From: an uncultured Verrucomicrobiae bacterium
GTDB lineage: Bacteria; Verrucomicrobiota; Verrucomicrobiia; Chthoniobacterales; JAFAMB01
Direction: 5' to 3'
Length of the DNA stretch: 64,000 bases
NCBI GenBank assembly: GCA_963837955.1
Contig: CAWIPH010000002.1
Coordinates: 2,496,001-2,560,000 of the forward strand
The notes below the pieces were generated by a model. It did not search any database. It was given only the letters and a program-made list of their open reading frames with translations, and had not been told where the DNA came from. The translations under genes and the position numbers were made by a program. How positions within the stretch are numbered: position 1 is the stretch's first letter; the number at the start of each line of letters is the position of its first letter. Shown piece by piece: positions 10,195-22,441 of this stretch.

Positions 10195-11040
10195 CTAAAC
10201 CGCATTCCAGGTGTCTCGGATAAATTTATATCCTTCTGTCACCACCTCGTCCGGCTCTTTGAAAAAGTCGCGCCAGACTCGGGTTGGTTCCACCAACTCG
10301 GGAAGCGCTCTTCCGAATGCTTCGATGGTCAACCAACCGTTGTATCCGCCCGACTTCATTATTCGAAAGATAGCCGGGAAATCGATGTGACCGCGCCCCG
10401 GAACGCCGCGGTCGTTGTTTGACACATGAACGTGCACTATCTCAGCTGCATTTTCGGAAAAGGCTTTTGGCAGGTTTTCTTCTTCAATGTTTGCGTGGAA
10501 AGTATCGAACATTGCCTTGAAGTTTGGATGACCGACTCGGCGAACGTAAGTAGCGGCAGCCGCCGTCGTGTTGAGGAAGTAGCATTCAAACCGATTCAGA
10601 GCCTCAACAGCAAGATACACATTGTGACGCTGTGCCTCATCCGCCACCTCTCGGTGAACCTCAGCGGCGCGTTTGAATTCTTCTTCGGTGGGTCCAGTTC
10701 CGGAGAACACCCCCAAAGCCTGGTGGAATGGTCCACACAAGATATCCGCACCGAGAATAGCCGATTGGCGCACGATCGTCTTCAACCGTTCCGCCGCCGC
10801 TTTCCGGATCGCGGGATCGGGGCTGATTGCGCTGGCCTCGGGAGTCGCTATCGTAATGGCAGAGGTTTTTAGCTGCAGTTCATCTAACTTCTTGCGCAGT
10901 TTGTGATAATGCGCGTCATCTCCGGCAAAGATTGGGATTTCAACGCCATCGAATCCGGTGGATTTGATCTTTTCGAGTTGGGGGTAGTACTCCTGGGTGA
11001 CGTCAGTTGCCCAGAGCAGCAAATTCATGCCGATTTTCAT
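10195..11040 (-). CDS. sugar phosphate isomerase/epimerase (D-tagatose/D-psicose 3-epimerase-like)
   Basis: EALNRFE, DTFHANIEE, HVH..NNDRG.PG.G, TIEAF. Confidence 0.9.
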   Translation of the reverse strand: MKIGMNLLLWATDVTQEYYPQLEKIKSTGFDGVEIPIFAGDDAHYHKLRKKLDELQLKTSAITIATPEASAISPDPAIRKAAAERLKTIVRQSAILGADILCGPFHQALGVFSGTGPTEEEFKRAAEVHREVADEAQRHNVYLAVEALNRFECYFLNTTAAAATYVRRVGHPNFKAMFDTFHANIEEENLPKAFSENAAEIVHVHVSNNDRGVPGRGHIDFPAIFRIMKSGGYNGWLTIEAFGRALPELVEPTRVWRDFFKEPDEVVTEGYKFIRDTWNAV

Positions 11041-11225
11041 AATTGTTCTGATGGGGGGAATCCTTCGCTCGGAGGCAACACCGCGGAGAACTTTGGTACA
11101 TCGGTTCCCGGCCTTATTGCGTGAGCCGAATTAATTGTACTAAATAAAGACTCAAAAGAAAATTTGGAAGCCCAAGGGGCACCTAATTCTGGAAAAACTT
11201 CGCGATATTGGGATACCGATGAGGA

Positions 11226-11253
11226 TTGAAACTAGATCGGTAAAGTCTAATAT
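11226..11253 (+). promoter_or_regulatory. putative sigma70-like promoter TTGAAA-N16-TAATAT
   Basis: Upstream of the 11369 gene; conserved in the duplicate at 2977. Confidence 0.45.
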
Positions 11254-11368
11254 CTGTTAGACCCCCCAACTCAAAAAATTAGGATTACCTCCGACGGAGA
11301 GCTAACGCAGGGCCCCGAAGGCTATGCGGCGGAGCCGCGTTCAAGCTCTTCGATTTTGATTCCATATC

Positions 11369-12406
11369 ATGAATACTTCTCCCAAATTACATAATGCGAT
11401 GTGGCCTGGCCTGGTTGGCAAAGGGCCAGGATCGGAGCCCTTCATTGATCTCGATACAATGCTGAATCTCACCGCGTCGGCCGAAAGCGATGGGTTTCGA
11501 TTTGAAGGGGTCGATTTATTCCTGTCCGACCCGCATATTAGTATTGATTCGACTGACGATCAGCTCAAACAGCTCGCTGACAAAATCGCTTCCAAAAACC
11601 TCGTGGTTGGTTCCGTGGTTGCGCCGGTCTGGCCGCCTACGGGGGGCGGATCCGCTATGGGCAGACCGGAGGACCGGCATCGTTTTGTCGAACAGGTTAG
11701 GAAGGCGAGCCGGATTGCCAGAACCCTACGTCAACTCGGAATCAGACCGTACGGCATAGTCCGCATCGATTCTGCGACCGATCCTGGGAGTTGGGCCAAT
11801 GATCCGGACGGCTCGAAGAAGATTGCATCGACTTTTCGGGAGTGTTGCAACATTGCCGAAGATCAAGGTGAACGGCTGGCCGCTGAAGGCGAAATTTGTT
11901 GGGGTGGTATGCACAGTTGGAAGCGAATGGTAGAACTCTTGGAATTAGTTGATCGGCCCCGGACTCTCGGTTTCCAGGCCGACATGGCGCACACGTTACT
12001 CTACACGATGGGATATAACGCTCCCGAAGACGCCATATTACCGCACGGATTCGACTGGAAAGATGAAGGGCGGCTGCAAGAGGCTTTGAAGACCATGACG
12101 CATGCCCTCCGTCCTTGGACCATCGATTTTCACGTTGCTCAAAACGATGCCACGGTTAAAGGCGGCGGCTCGCATGATAAGACGGGGAGGCATTGCCTGC
12201 CCGACGATCCGAATGGGAAACTGAACATTGCGAGGGATGCCGGCCATTGGTTACGGGACGACAATGGGAAACTTACGAAGGCTTTCCAGCATATCTGTTG
12301 GGACGGCTGCATGTTCCCAAACGAGGTGATGTTGAAACAGCAGACATGGAACTCGATTTTAGGCGTGATGCGTTCAGTCCGCGAAGCCCACGGGTGGCAG
12401 GGTTAG
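11369..12406 (+). CDS. xylose-isomerase-like TIM-barrel protein
   Basis: [26 protein letters not shown]. Confidence 0.8.
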   Translation: MNTSPKLHNAMWPGLVGKGPGSEPFIDLDTMLNLTASAESDGFRFEGVDLFLSDPHISIDSTDDQLKQLADKIASKNLVVGSVVAPVWPPTGGGSAMGRPEDRHRFVEQVRKASRIARTLRQLGIRPYGIVRIDSATDPGSWANDPDGSKKIASTFRECCNIAEDQGERLAAEGEICWGGMHSWKRMVELLELVDRPRTLGFQADMAHTLLYTMGYNAPEDAILPHGFDWKDEGRLQEALKTMTHALRPWTIDFHVAQNDATVKGGGSHDKTGRHCLPDDPNGKLNIARDAGHWLRDDNGKLTKAFQHICWDGCMFPNEVMLKQQTWNSILGVMRSVREAHGWQG

Positions 12407-12463
12407 GAAACGCCGTGAGAGGTGATTGGTGATTGTTCCGCGAAATTTGTTACTCCATTGCTC

Positions 12464-12509
12464 CCAGGCTCACAGATCCTGCCTTCGCTGGATCTTTGTC
12501 GCCCTATCG
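12464..12509 (-). repeat. REP-like palindrome, degenerate copy of the GTAGGGCG family
   Basis: Reverse complement resembles GTAGGGCGAAACAGATCCAGCGAAGGCAGGATCTGTGAGC at ~44413 and 48242. Confidence 0.75.
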
Positions 12510-12539
12510 TTATTGCATAATCCGAGACTTTGAACCTTT

Positions 12540-13673
12540 ATGAAGAAACTTAACATTGGCCTGGTCGGCTATGGTTTTATGGGACGGGCGCACTCGAATG
12601 CGTATCTAACCGTGAGCCAGTTTTTCGATCTGAAGTATCAACCGGTGCTCAAAGCGGTTGCCGCGAGGGATCCGGAAAAGGTGAAACAATTTGCGCAAAA
12701 ATGGGGCTACAAGTCGCATTACGCGGACTGGAGACGATTGATCGACGACCCCGAGATCGACGTCATCGACATCGCTAGTCCGAACGATACCCATGCCGAG
12801 ATTGCAGTTGCTGCAGCTCGGGCCGGGAAAATGATTTTGTGCGATAAACCACTTGCTCGGAATCTGCAGGAAGCGCAGCAGATGGTCGATGCGGTGAAGA
12901 AAGCGGGTGTCCGGACGATGGTCTGGTACAACTACCGCAGAATTCCGGCGGTTACGCTCGCAAAACAGATCATCGCGGCCGGCAAGCTGGGTCGCATCTT
13001 TCATTACCGGGCAAAGTTCTTACAGGACTGGACGATCTCCGCCGAAGTGCCGCAAGGCGGCGCGGCAACTTGGCGATTGGATAAAAACGTGGCTGGGAGC
13101 GGAGTGACGGGGGATCTGCTGGCTCACTGCATTGACACGGCGATCTGGCTAAATGGCGAAATGGACTCCGTCTCCGCGGTCGCCGAGACCTTTATAAAGG
13201 AGCGGAAACACAATTTGACCGGTAAAAAGGAAAAGGTTGGGATCGATGACGCCTGCGCATTCCTAGCCCGGTTTAAGAATGGATCGCTGGCGACCTTCGA
13301 GGCGACCCGTTACGCGCGCGGGCACAAGGCGCTTTACACCCTCGAGATTAACGGCGAACACGGATCGCTCGCCTGGGACCTGCACGATCTGCATCGGTTG
13401 CAATGGTTTGATCACAAGGATGAAGGATCACTCCGCGGCTGGCGATCTGTCCATGTCACGGATGGAGATCATCCGTATATGGCTCATTGGTGGGTGCCGG
13501 GCTTGGCCATCGGATTCGAACATTCGTTTATCCATCAGGTGGCGGATTTTTTGAATTCACTTGACGGAGAGAAACCGGCTGAACCTACTTTTGAGGATGC
13601 GATGCAGACGGAGAGAGTTGTGAATGCGGTGCTCCGGTCGGCGGGATCAGGTAAGTGGGAAAAAGCAGACTAA
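12540..13673 (+). CDS. Gfo/Idh/MocA family oxidoreductase
   Basis: [37 protein letters not shown]. Confidence 0.93.
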   Translation: MKKLNIGLVGYGFMGRAHSNAYLTVSQFFDLKYQPVLKAVAARDPEKVKQFAQKWGYKSHYADWRRLIDDPEIDVIDIASPNDTHAEIAVAAARAGKMILCDKPLARNLQEAQQMVDAVKKAGVRTMVWYNYRRIPAVTLAKQIIAAGKLGRIFHYRAKFLQDWTISAEVPQGGAATWRLDKNVAGSGVTGDLLAHCIDTAIWLNGEMDSVSAVAETFIKERKHNLTGKKEKVGIDDACAFLARFKNGSLATFEATRYARGHKALYTLEINGEHGSLAWDLHDLHRLQWFDHKDEGSLRGWRSVHVTDGDHPYMAHWWVPGLAIGFEHSFIHQVADFLNSLDGEKPAEPTFEDAMQTERVVNAVLRSAGSGKWEKAD

Positions 13674-13754
13674 CCCCCATCTTTTGATGTAATCGTAGAA
13701 GGTGCTAGGTCTGATCGAATTCTTTGTCCGCAAATAGAGAAAAATACACCCGCT

Positions 13755-14162
13755 ATGCAGAAACTTGGATCTGGCGTTATTACCGCCACACAAGACGTTG
13801 ATTGCCTCGAATTTGACTGGGGAAAAATTCACTTCCTCAGTGAACCTGCGGTTACCAACGCGGACCGATTCAGCTTCGGCATTGTTGAATTGTCGCAGGG
13901 AAAAGGGCACGCAAGACATAACCATCCCGGTTCCGAAGAAATTATCTATGTCGTATCCGGAGAGGGTGAACAAATGGTGGACGACCAACCACCCGTAAAG
14001 GTTGCTCCTGGCGCTAGTATATATATTCCGGCTGACGTTTACCATTCCACCGTGAACACCGGTCCGGAAACAATGAAGCTCATCGTCGTCTATTCACCGG
14101 CTGGACCAGAACGGTTACTGCGCGAAATTCCAGGCTGCAAAGTCATCCCGCCGAGAGGCTAG
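13755..14162 (+). CDS. cupin domain protein
   Basis: HARHNHPGSEEIIYVVSG...YIPADVYH. Confidence 0.92.
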   Translation: MQKLGSGVITATQDVDCLEFDWGKIHFLSEPAVTNADRFSFGIVELSQGKGHARHNHPGSEEIIYVVSGEGEQMVDDQPPVKVAPGASIYIPADVYHSTVNTGPETMKLIVVYSPAGPERLLREIPGCKVIPPRG

Positions 14163-14197
14163 CATCCTGTCATTCGGACGCTCGACCAATCCGCGAT

Positions 14198-14380
14198 CGG
14201 TAGGGCGAAAGCCTGGTACGGTATCAGCCGTACCGGCTTGAGCCGTTCGTGCCCGTCCGACTGATGAATGCGACGAAAAAAAACGCATCACAGATTGATG
14301 CAACGGACGGCTCAAACCCGGCGCGACCCGCGCAAAAAAAATCGAAACCTTCCCAGCGCGCCGGATTTTCGCCCTACCAG
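14198..14380. repeat. inverted pair of GTAGGGCGAAA motifs (REP doublet-like)
   Basis: GGTAGGGCGAAA ... TTTCGCCCTACC in the intergenic region. Confidence 0.5.
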
Positions 14381-14456
14381 TCAGGGATATTGCTACCCGA
14401 AGACCTTGACACATCCAGAGCGAGTACCGACAGGATAACTAATTCCCGTCCCGCTT

Positions 14457-15704
14457 ATGGCCAAAACAGTCTGTATTGTTGGAGCCTTCGATACGAAAGG
14501 CGAAGATCACGCGTTCTTGCGTGAAGAAATTCTCAAACTTGGTCAGCAAGTGCTTACGGTAAATATCGGCGTACTTGGTAGCACTACGCTGTTTCCCGTA
14601 GACTTCGAAGCGAACGAGGTAATCAATGCGGTTGGTCTTGATCTAGAACAAATCCGGGCAGGGAAGGACAAGGCTGCGGCGATGAAAGCGTTCGACCAAG
14701 GTGCGCCCAGACTTGTCCGGGACTTGTATGACCAGGGGCGATTCGACGGTATCATTGGCATGGGAGGGTCAGGCGGCTCGGCGATTATTGCCTCTGCGAT
14801 GCGGGCCCTGCCAATTGGGGTGCCGAAGGTGCTCGTATCGACGGTCGCCTCCGGAGATGTGTCCTTTTATGTCCGTGGCAAAGACATCACCATGATCCCG
14901 TCGATTGTCGACGTAGCCGGAGTGAATCGTGTTTCTCGCCTGATCTACGTTCGAGCTGCCGGCGCAATCTGCGGCATGGTCCAAAACGAACCGCCGCGCG
15001 CCACCGACGACCGGCCGATTATCACGGCGTCGATGTTCGGGAACACCACCGACTGCGTCGGCGCTTGTTCAAAGATTCTAAAGGAAAAGGGATTTGAGGT
15101 ACTAGTGTTTCACGCCACCGGGGCAGGGGGACGCGCCATGGAAACGCTGGTCGCGGACGGTTTGGTTGAAGCTGTACTAGACATCACCACGACCGAGTGG
15201 GCCGATGAGCTTTGCCACGGCATCTTTAGCGCAGGTCCTGAACGGTTGGATGCGCCGGGGCAGCGTGGTATTCCGCACCTCATCGTGCCGGGATGCGTTG
15301 ATATGGCAAATTTTGGTGCTCCATCGACTGTTCCGGAAAAATTTCGGCAGGCGAAGCGGCTGTTTTATGAGTGGAATCCTTCGGTGACACTCATGCGAAC
15401 TAACGTGGAAGAAAATCGTCAGATGGGCGAAATTTTTGCCAGGAAAGCCAACCTGGCGGCTGGTCCGGTGGCGTTTTTGATTCCGCTTAGAGGTGTTTCC
15501 ATGCTGGATGGAGACGGTCAGATGTTCTGTGATCGAGATGCCGACCGAGCCATGTTTGATGCAATCAAGGCAAACCTCAAACCAGGTATTCCGGTGGTCG
15601 AGCTTGATCTGAATATCAATGATCCACTCTTCGCAGCTAAAGCTGTCGAAATGATGCTTGAGCTGATGCAGCGAACGACAGCGAACGACAGCGAACGACA
15701 ATGA
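14457..15704 (+). CDS. Tm-1-like ATP-binding domain protein (UPF0261)
   Basis: GAFDTKGE, GGSGGS, LPIGVPKVLVST, SMFGNTT, FHATGAGG, DITTTE, TLMRT. Confidence 0.92.
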   Translation: MAKTVCIVGAFDTKGEDHAFLREEILKLGQQVLTVNIGVLGSTTLFPVDFEANEVINAVGLDLEQIRAGKDKAAAMKAFDQGAPRLVRDLYDQGRFDGIIGMGGSGGSAIIASAMRALPIGVPKVLVSTVASGDVSFYVRGKDITMIPSIVDVAGVNRVSRLIYVRAAGAICGMVQNEPPRATDDRPIITASMFGNTTDCVGACSKILKEKGFEVLVFHATGAGGRAMETLVADGLVEAVLDITTTEWADELCHGIFSAGPERLDAPGQRGIPHLIVPGCVDMANFGAPSTVPEKFRQAKRLFYEWNPSVTLMRTNVEENRQMGEIFARKANLAAGPVAFLIPLRGVSMLDGDGQMFCDRDADRAMFDAIKANLKPGIPVVELDLNINDPLFAAKAVEMMLELMQRTTANDSERQ

Positions 15705-15835
15705 ACACCAGCGAACGACAATGAACACCAGCGAACGACAATGAACACCAACGAACGACAATGAACACCAGCGAACGACAATGAGCACAGCTGGCGTTCG
15801 TTCTCGTTCGCTGACGTTCGTTGGTGTTCATTGTC
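15669..15835. repeat. 10/20-bp tandem repeat forming an asymmetric palindrome
   Basis: About 12 decamers (GCGAACGACA/ATGAACACCA) followed by a shorter complementary arm; overlaps the last codons of the Tm-1-like gene. Confidence 0.9.
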
Positions 15836-15842
15836 CTTTGCT

Positions 15843-16676
15843 ATGGGATTTACGCGTAAACAAGTTCTGGAACGGCTGAAAAAAATTGTCTCGGAAGGGC
15901 GTCCGATTATTGGAGGTGGAGCTGGCACTGGTATTTCGGCAAAGTTTGAAGAAGCCGGAGGGGTCGACCTGATTATTATCTATAATAGCGGCCGGTACCG
16001 TATGGCCGGGCGTGGCTCTCTGTCTGGCCTGATGCCTTATGGCGCCGCGAATGCGATCGTCATGGAGATGGCAAGCGAAGTCCTGACAATTGTGAAGGAC
16101 ACACCGGTCCTGGCCGGTGTTTGCGGAACCGATCCCTTTCGTCAGATGCCCCTGTTTCTCAAGGAAGTGATGGATGCCGGTTTCTCGGGAGTACAGAATT
16201 TCCCGACCGTTGGTCTCATCGACGGATTGTTCCGGCAAAACCTGGAAGAAACCGGTATGGGATATGGTCTGGAGATCGACATGATCCGTCTGGCCCATGA
16301 AATGGATTTGCTGACTACGCCGTACTGTTTTAACGAGGACGATGCAGAGGCGATGGCCCGAGCGGGCGCGGACATTGTTGTCGCGCATCTCGGGCTCACT
16401 ACCAAAGGATCTATCGGCGCGACTACTGCCGTCACTCTGGAAAACGCGCCGGCGAAGGTTCAAGAAATCGCCGACGCCGCAAAAAAGGTGAACCGCGAAG
16501 TATTTGTCCTCTGTCACGGTGGGCCTATCTCGGAGCCATCCGATGCGGAGTATGTCCTCAATCGGACTGAGGGAATCCATGGATTCTACGGCGCCTCGAG
16601 TATGGAGCGGCTGCCTGTGGAAAAAGCGATCACCGAGACAATGAAAGCTTACAAGTCAATTAAGCTTAAGAAGTAA
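15843..16676 (+). CDS. phosphoenolpyruvate hydrolase family / TIM-barrel protein (Tm-1 C-terminal domain homologue)
   Basis: [52 protein letters not shown]. Confidence 0.92.
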   Translation: MGFTRKQVLERLKKIVSEGRPIIGGGAGTGISAKFEEAGGVDLIIIYNSGRYRMAGRGSLSGLMPYGAANAIVMEMASEVLTIVKDTPVLAGVCGTDPFRQMPLFLKEVMDAGFSGVQNFPTVGLIDGLFRQNLEETGMGYGLEIDMIRLAHEMDLLTTPYCFNEDDAEAMARAGADIVVAHLGLTTKGSIGATTAVTLENAPAKVQEIADAAKKVNREVFVLCHGGPISEPSDAEYVLNRTEGIHGFYGASSMERLPVEKAITETMKAYKSIKLKK

Positions 16677-16764
16677 CTGATCGGAAGGGCAGGGCGCACA
16701 CGCGTATGAAGACGCGAGATAGCGGGTGCCGGACACGAAAGCCGCAAACTCACGCGCCATCTAT

Positions 16765-17442
16765 TTATGCTAAGCGATCCGGTGCTAGATACTTTGGTTG
16801 CTCTGCTGCGTGACCCAGGAACCACTCGCTGGCTAATTGCGCCACTCGGTCCAGCGCCCCGGGTTCTTCGAAGAGATGTGTGGCCCCGGGGATAATTTCC
16901 AATTTCACTTCGCAGCGCATCTGTTGCTGAGCCTGTTTATTGAGTTCAAGCACGACCTTGTCGTGACCGCCTACGATGAACAGCGTTGGCGCTTGCACCC
17001 GAGCCAACGCGTCGCCTGCGAGGTCTGGCCTTCCACCACGTGAAACCACCGCACCGATATCGTGCGGCCGCTCGGCGGCAGCGACAAGCGCTGCGGCCCC
17101 TCCGGTGCTCGAACCGAAATAGCCGATCCGAAGGCCGCGTGTCTGCTTCTGATCGAGGATCCATTGAGTTGCGTGGACAAGCCGCTCGGCCAGCAGACCG
17201 ATATTGAACCGATATCGTGCTGTGTGAATGTCCTCTGTTTCCTCTTCGGATGTGAGCAGATCGAATAGCAATGTGGCCAGACCTGCCTGGTTGAGCACAT
17301 CCGCAACGAATTGATTGCGCGGACTGTGACGACTACTGCCGCTGCCGTGCGCAAAGAGAACGATTATCATGGCTCCTTCGGGCACTATCAGGCTACCTGC
17401 AAGAGAGACCATGCCGGCAGGGATTTTAACTTCTGTTTTCAC
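16765..17442 (-). CDS. dienelactone hydrolase family alpha/beta hydrolase
   Basis: FAHGSGSSRHSPRN, GSSTG nucleophile elbow, SRGGRPDLA, GATHLFEEPG. Confidence 0.9.
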   Translation of the reverse strand: MKTEVKIPAGMVSLAGSLIVPEGAMIIVLFAHGSGSSRHSPRNQFVADVLNQAGLATLLFDLLTSEEETEDIHTARYRFNIGLLAERLVHATQWILDQKQTRGLRIGYFGSSTGGAAALVAAAERPHDIGAVVSRGGRPDLAGDALARVQAPTLFIVGGHDKVVLELNKQAQQQMRCEVKLEIIPGATHLFEEPGALDRVAQLASEWFLGHAAEQPKYLAPDRLA

Positions 17443-17444
17443 CG

Positions 17445-18767
17445 TTACAGGGCACTCGGATAGGTTTCAGGCAATTCGGATCGTTCCCACTCTGCATTGC
17501 GCTCAAGCGGTTCAAGCGCGTGGGTTTCATCCAAGTGGATAACCGCATCGAACTGTTCCGCTAATCGGGCATGGAAATAGTGACTCAGCCGCTCTGTTTC
17601 GGGCCGGTAGATCACCCCAATGGCGCGCTCCAGCCGCGTTTCGCGAAGTAACGCTGCGTTCGCCTGCCGGAGATCGAGCCAGAAACATGGGATAGCCACC
17701 GCATGGAACAGTTTTTCATAGCTGTCATTCAAGGCCGGACGCACGCGCTTGCATTCGGCCGGCTCATCCCAGTTGGAGGCAGCTGTTACCGTTCCCGAAT
17801 AAGTGGTGAAGCCGATCAGCATCGCCCGCCGGCCGAAACGCTCCCGCACCCGCTGGCCGACATTCAGCTCGCCAGACTCGCTCATTTCCGTCGCCCGAGC
17901 GTCACCCAGGTGAGAATTGTGTGCCCAGACCACTACTTTCGCACGGCCACTATCGAGGTGTGATATTATCTCGTTCAGCGTTTCAAACATGTGCTCGTCG
18001 CGCAGATTCCAGGACGAAGCTCGCCCGCGAAACATCGCGCGGTGATAGCGCTCGGCGTTCACAATTAGCCTGGCATTCTGTTCGGCGGAAAAGAACTCTT
18101 CTTCGGCAACGCGTCCGTCGCGACTGATCAATTCCGCGTGTTTGCGGCGCAGGTCCACTAGCTGCTGGACAACCGCGTCTTCGCAAGGCTCTATCCCTTT
18201 GACTGTCGTAGCGAAGCCATAGTTCTGAGGATCTGTGCCAAAGTGATCAAAACAGGAGTACCGATAACGTGCGCGACGCGCGGCCTCAGGATCGTTTTTG
18301 TCGAGGTACTCCAGCACTGCTTGAATCGACGCGTGCAGGCTATAGAGGTCCATACCATAAAATCCGGCGAGGTCTCGCCCCGAGCGGTTCCACGCGCGCA
18401 GCCATTCGACAAATTCCACGACGACGGTATTTCGCCACATCCAGGTCGGAAAACGCCGGAAGCCGCCCAGGGCGCCGGCCGGGTCGATCTCGTCTGCACG
18501 TCCGGTAACGTAGCGGTGGACATGGAAACTGTCTGGCCAGTCTGCCTCGACCGCGACCGCGCGAAATCCTTGTTCATCGATTAAACGCTGGGTGATCGCT
18601 GAGCGCGTGGCGTAGAACTCATGGGTGCCATGCGTTGCTTCGCCAATTAAAACGACCTGCGCCTTTCCAGCCATCTCGACGAGGGGGTCGTAATCGCTGG
18701 GAGAGGAAATAGTATTCGCGTCTGCCCGAATGATCGCGGCGTCATGATCCACGATTTGCCTGCTCAT
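17445..18767 (-). CDS. erythromycin esterase family protein
   Basis: IGEATHGTHEFY, VEADWPD, WNLRD, WAHNSH, ERAIGVIY. Confidence 0.92.
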   Translation of the reverse strand: MSRQIVDHDAAIIRADANTISSPSDYDPLVEMAGKAQVVLIGEATHGTHEFYATRSAITQRLIDEQGFRAVAVEADWPDSFHVHRYVTGRADEIDPAGALGGFRRFPTWMWRNTVVVEFVEWLRAWNRSGRDLAGFYGMDLYSLHASIQAVLEYLDKNDPEAARRARYRYSCFDHFGTDPQNYGFATTVKGIEPCEDAVVQQLVDLRRKHAELISRDGRVAEEEFFSAEQNARLIVNAERYHRAMFRGRASSWNLRDEHMFETLNEIISHLDSGRAKVVVWAHNSHLGDARATEMSESGELNVGQRVRERFGRRAMLIGFTTYSGTVTAASNWDEPAECKRVRPALNDSYEKLFHAVAIPCFWLDLRQANAALLRETRLERAIGVIYRPETERLSHYFHARLAEQFDAVIHLDETHALEPLERNAEWERSELPETYPSAL

Positions 18768-19000
18768 CCCGCACTTTCCTATTCTAAGGATCTCTTAATC
18801 TGTCCCCTCCACCGCACGACAGAATCATAAAGCAACGGCACCTGGGTTCGCTTCGTCAATCTTGGCCAAGTCTTTTCCCATTTTGTCGCAGAACCGCACT
18901 TCGGCTTGTACGCTGGTTGAGAGATGAGAACTTAAGGAGAGAAAATGGACCGAAGATGTCAGGAAGCTTGTGCTCTGCGAAAGGGACAGGTGAATCTCTG

Positions 19001-19681
19001 ATGATTGCGTTTCGCGATCGCGCTGAAGCTGGGCGGATCCTGGCTGAAAAACTGCGACACTATGCGAATAACCCAAATGCCGTCGTGTTGGCTCTGCCCA
19101 GAGGCGGTGTTCTTGTTGCCTATCAGGTCGCCCAAGCTCTGGGACTTCCGCTGGATGTATTTGTGGTACGGAAGCTCGGCCTGCCTGGTCACGAGGAACT
19201 TGCGATAGGCGCTATCGCTTCAGGAGGTGTCCGCGTTTTGAACGCAGATATTCTCTCCCAAATCCCGAATCCTGAGCGGGCTATCGCTGAGGTGACGGCC
19301 AAGGAAATCCAGGAGTTGCAGCGGCGTGAGGCACTCTATCGCGGTGAACGGCCTCCGGTCGATCTTCGGAACAAAATCGTCATACTCGTGGATGACAGAG
19401 CGGCAACCGGTGCGACGATGAAGGCGGCGGTCGTGGCCTTGCGCGAGCGTGGCGTAGCGAAGATTGTGACCGCCGTACCTGTCGGGGCACCGGATACCTG
19501 CGACGAGCTCCGCAACCTCGCGGATGAGTCGATCTGCGCAATCGAGCCACAGTGGTTCCGTGCTGTCGGGCAGTTCTATGCAGACTTTTCTCAAACGACA
19601 AACGAGGAAGTGAGAGAACTACTTGCTCGCGCACAAAGCGAGCTGAATCAGAGAGTTCGGCGTGTGAGAGGTGATTGGTGA
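19001..19681 (+). CDS. phosphoribosyltransferase family protein
   Basis: FRDRAEAG, LPRGG, VRKLG.PGHEE.AIGA, VDD.AATGATM; start placed at ATG 19001. Confidence 0.88.
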   Translation: MIAFRDRAEAGRILAEKLRHYANNPNAVVLALPRGGVLVAYQVAQALGLPLDVFVVRKLGLPGHEELAIGAIASGGVRVLNADILSQIPNPERAIAEVTAKEIQELQRREALYRGERPPVDLRNKIVILVDDRAATGATMKAAVVALRERGVAKIVTAVPVGAPDTCDELRNLADESICAIEPQWFRAVGQFYADFSQTTNEEVRELLARAQSELNQRVRRVRGDW

Positions 19682-19812
19682 TTTGTGAATGGTGAATGCC
19701 TATCGGGAAATTCCACGACAAGGCGTTGACCGTAGGATCGATGTTTAAACCTTCACCAGGAGTCATCCGGAGTCGCCAAGCATTTTCAGAAACCTCTCTC
19801 CAATGAGCGTTT

Positions 19813-21612
<1,800 letters not shown>

Positions 21613-22012
21613 TTATTACGCCGACCCGCAACGCCGGCGCACTGCGCAAAATAAATGCAAAGCCATTGGTTCGGCGCGAACAGAATAAAGTAGGTCGCCA
21701 ATCTCAACGATCGATAGAGAAGGAACCACCGGGATCCGAAGAAGCTCTCCAGGTAAATTTCGATGCGGTGCGTGGTTAGTTTTTTGGACCTACGCAACAT
21801 TGATTCCTCAGCCGTTCTGCCTAAGCCTAAGACTCAAAATGCCTCCGCCCAACTGAAGACTCGAAACGCTCAGGACGCGGAGACTCCACACGCCAGACCA
21901 TTCAGACACGCTCTCAATAAACCTGTGCACGCCCACGCCGGTTTGTCGCAGTGACAGACGAGAGCTCCCCGAAGAGATGCCAGTAGGCGGCCGAGAATCG
22001 ACCGAACTGCGT

Positions 22013-22140
22013 GTCCTCAATCGGCGTGAGAGAGTCCACGGATTCTACGACTCTTCGAGTATGGAGCGATTGCCCCGGGAAGGACCAATTAGCGAGACAA
22101 TGAAAGCTGACAAAGCGACTAAGCTAAGGAGGGAAACTGA
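22013..22140 (+). pseudogene. degenerate duplicate of the 3' end of the PEP-hydrolase-family gene (16554-16680)
   Basis: VLNRRERVHGFYDSSSMERLPREGPISETMKADK vs [34 protein letters not shown]. Confidence 0.85.
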
Positions 22141-22219
22141 CTACCAAGATTCTGAACAGAAACTCGTGTCTGGAATGGTCACCAAAAACTGCGGCCACCG
22201 GCAGGGTGGCCGCAGCAAG

Positions 22220-22441
22220 TCACACCTCGTGATTCGTTATGTGGTGGCGCTCAAGGTCGCTTTTTGCCGTTTCGATAGCATCATCCATCGTCTTCGATCT
22301 TTTGCTGGTCGAACCGCCGATGTTGCATTCATGACAATTCCATGTACCCCACATCACCCCGGTTTCACTCTCCTCGACGTGAATTGTATACCGAACCCCA
22401 CCTTTTGCGTAATCATGCCGGTGAATTTCTTTGGATATCAT
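22220..22441 (-). CDS. small hypothetical protein (CxxC, HH)
   Basis: 73 aa, GGAGG SD just upstream, protein-like composition. Confidence 0.55.
   Translation of the reverse strand: MISKEIHRHDYAKGGVRYTIHVEESETGVMWGTWNCHECNIGGSTSKRSKTMDDAIETAKSDLERHHITNHEV

Noticed and set aside
15669..15835. CRISPR array
   Set aside because: Contiguous 10/20-bp units with no unique spacers; no cas genes in the window.
17445..18767. Macrolide resistance gene (ereA/ereB)
   Set aside because: Family membership only; the context with PRTase and hydrolase points to the uncharacterised branch.
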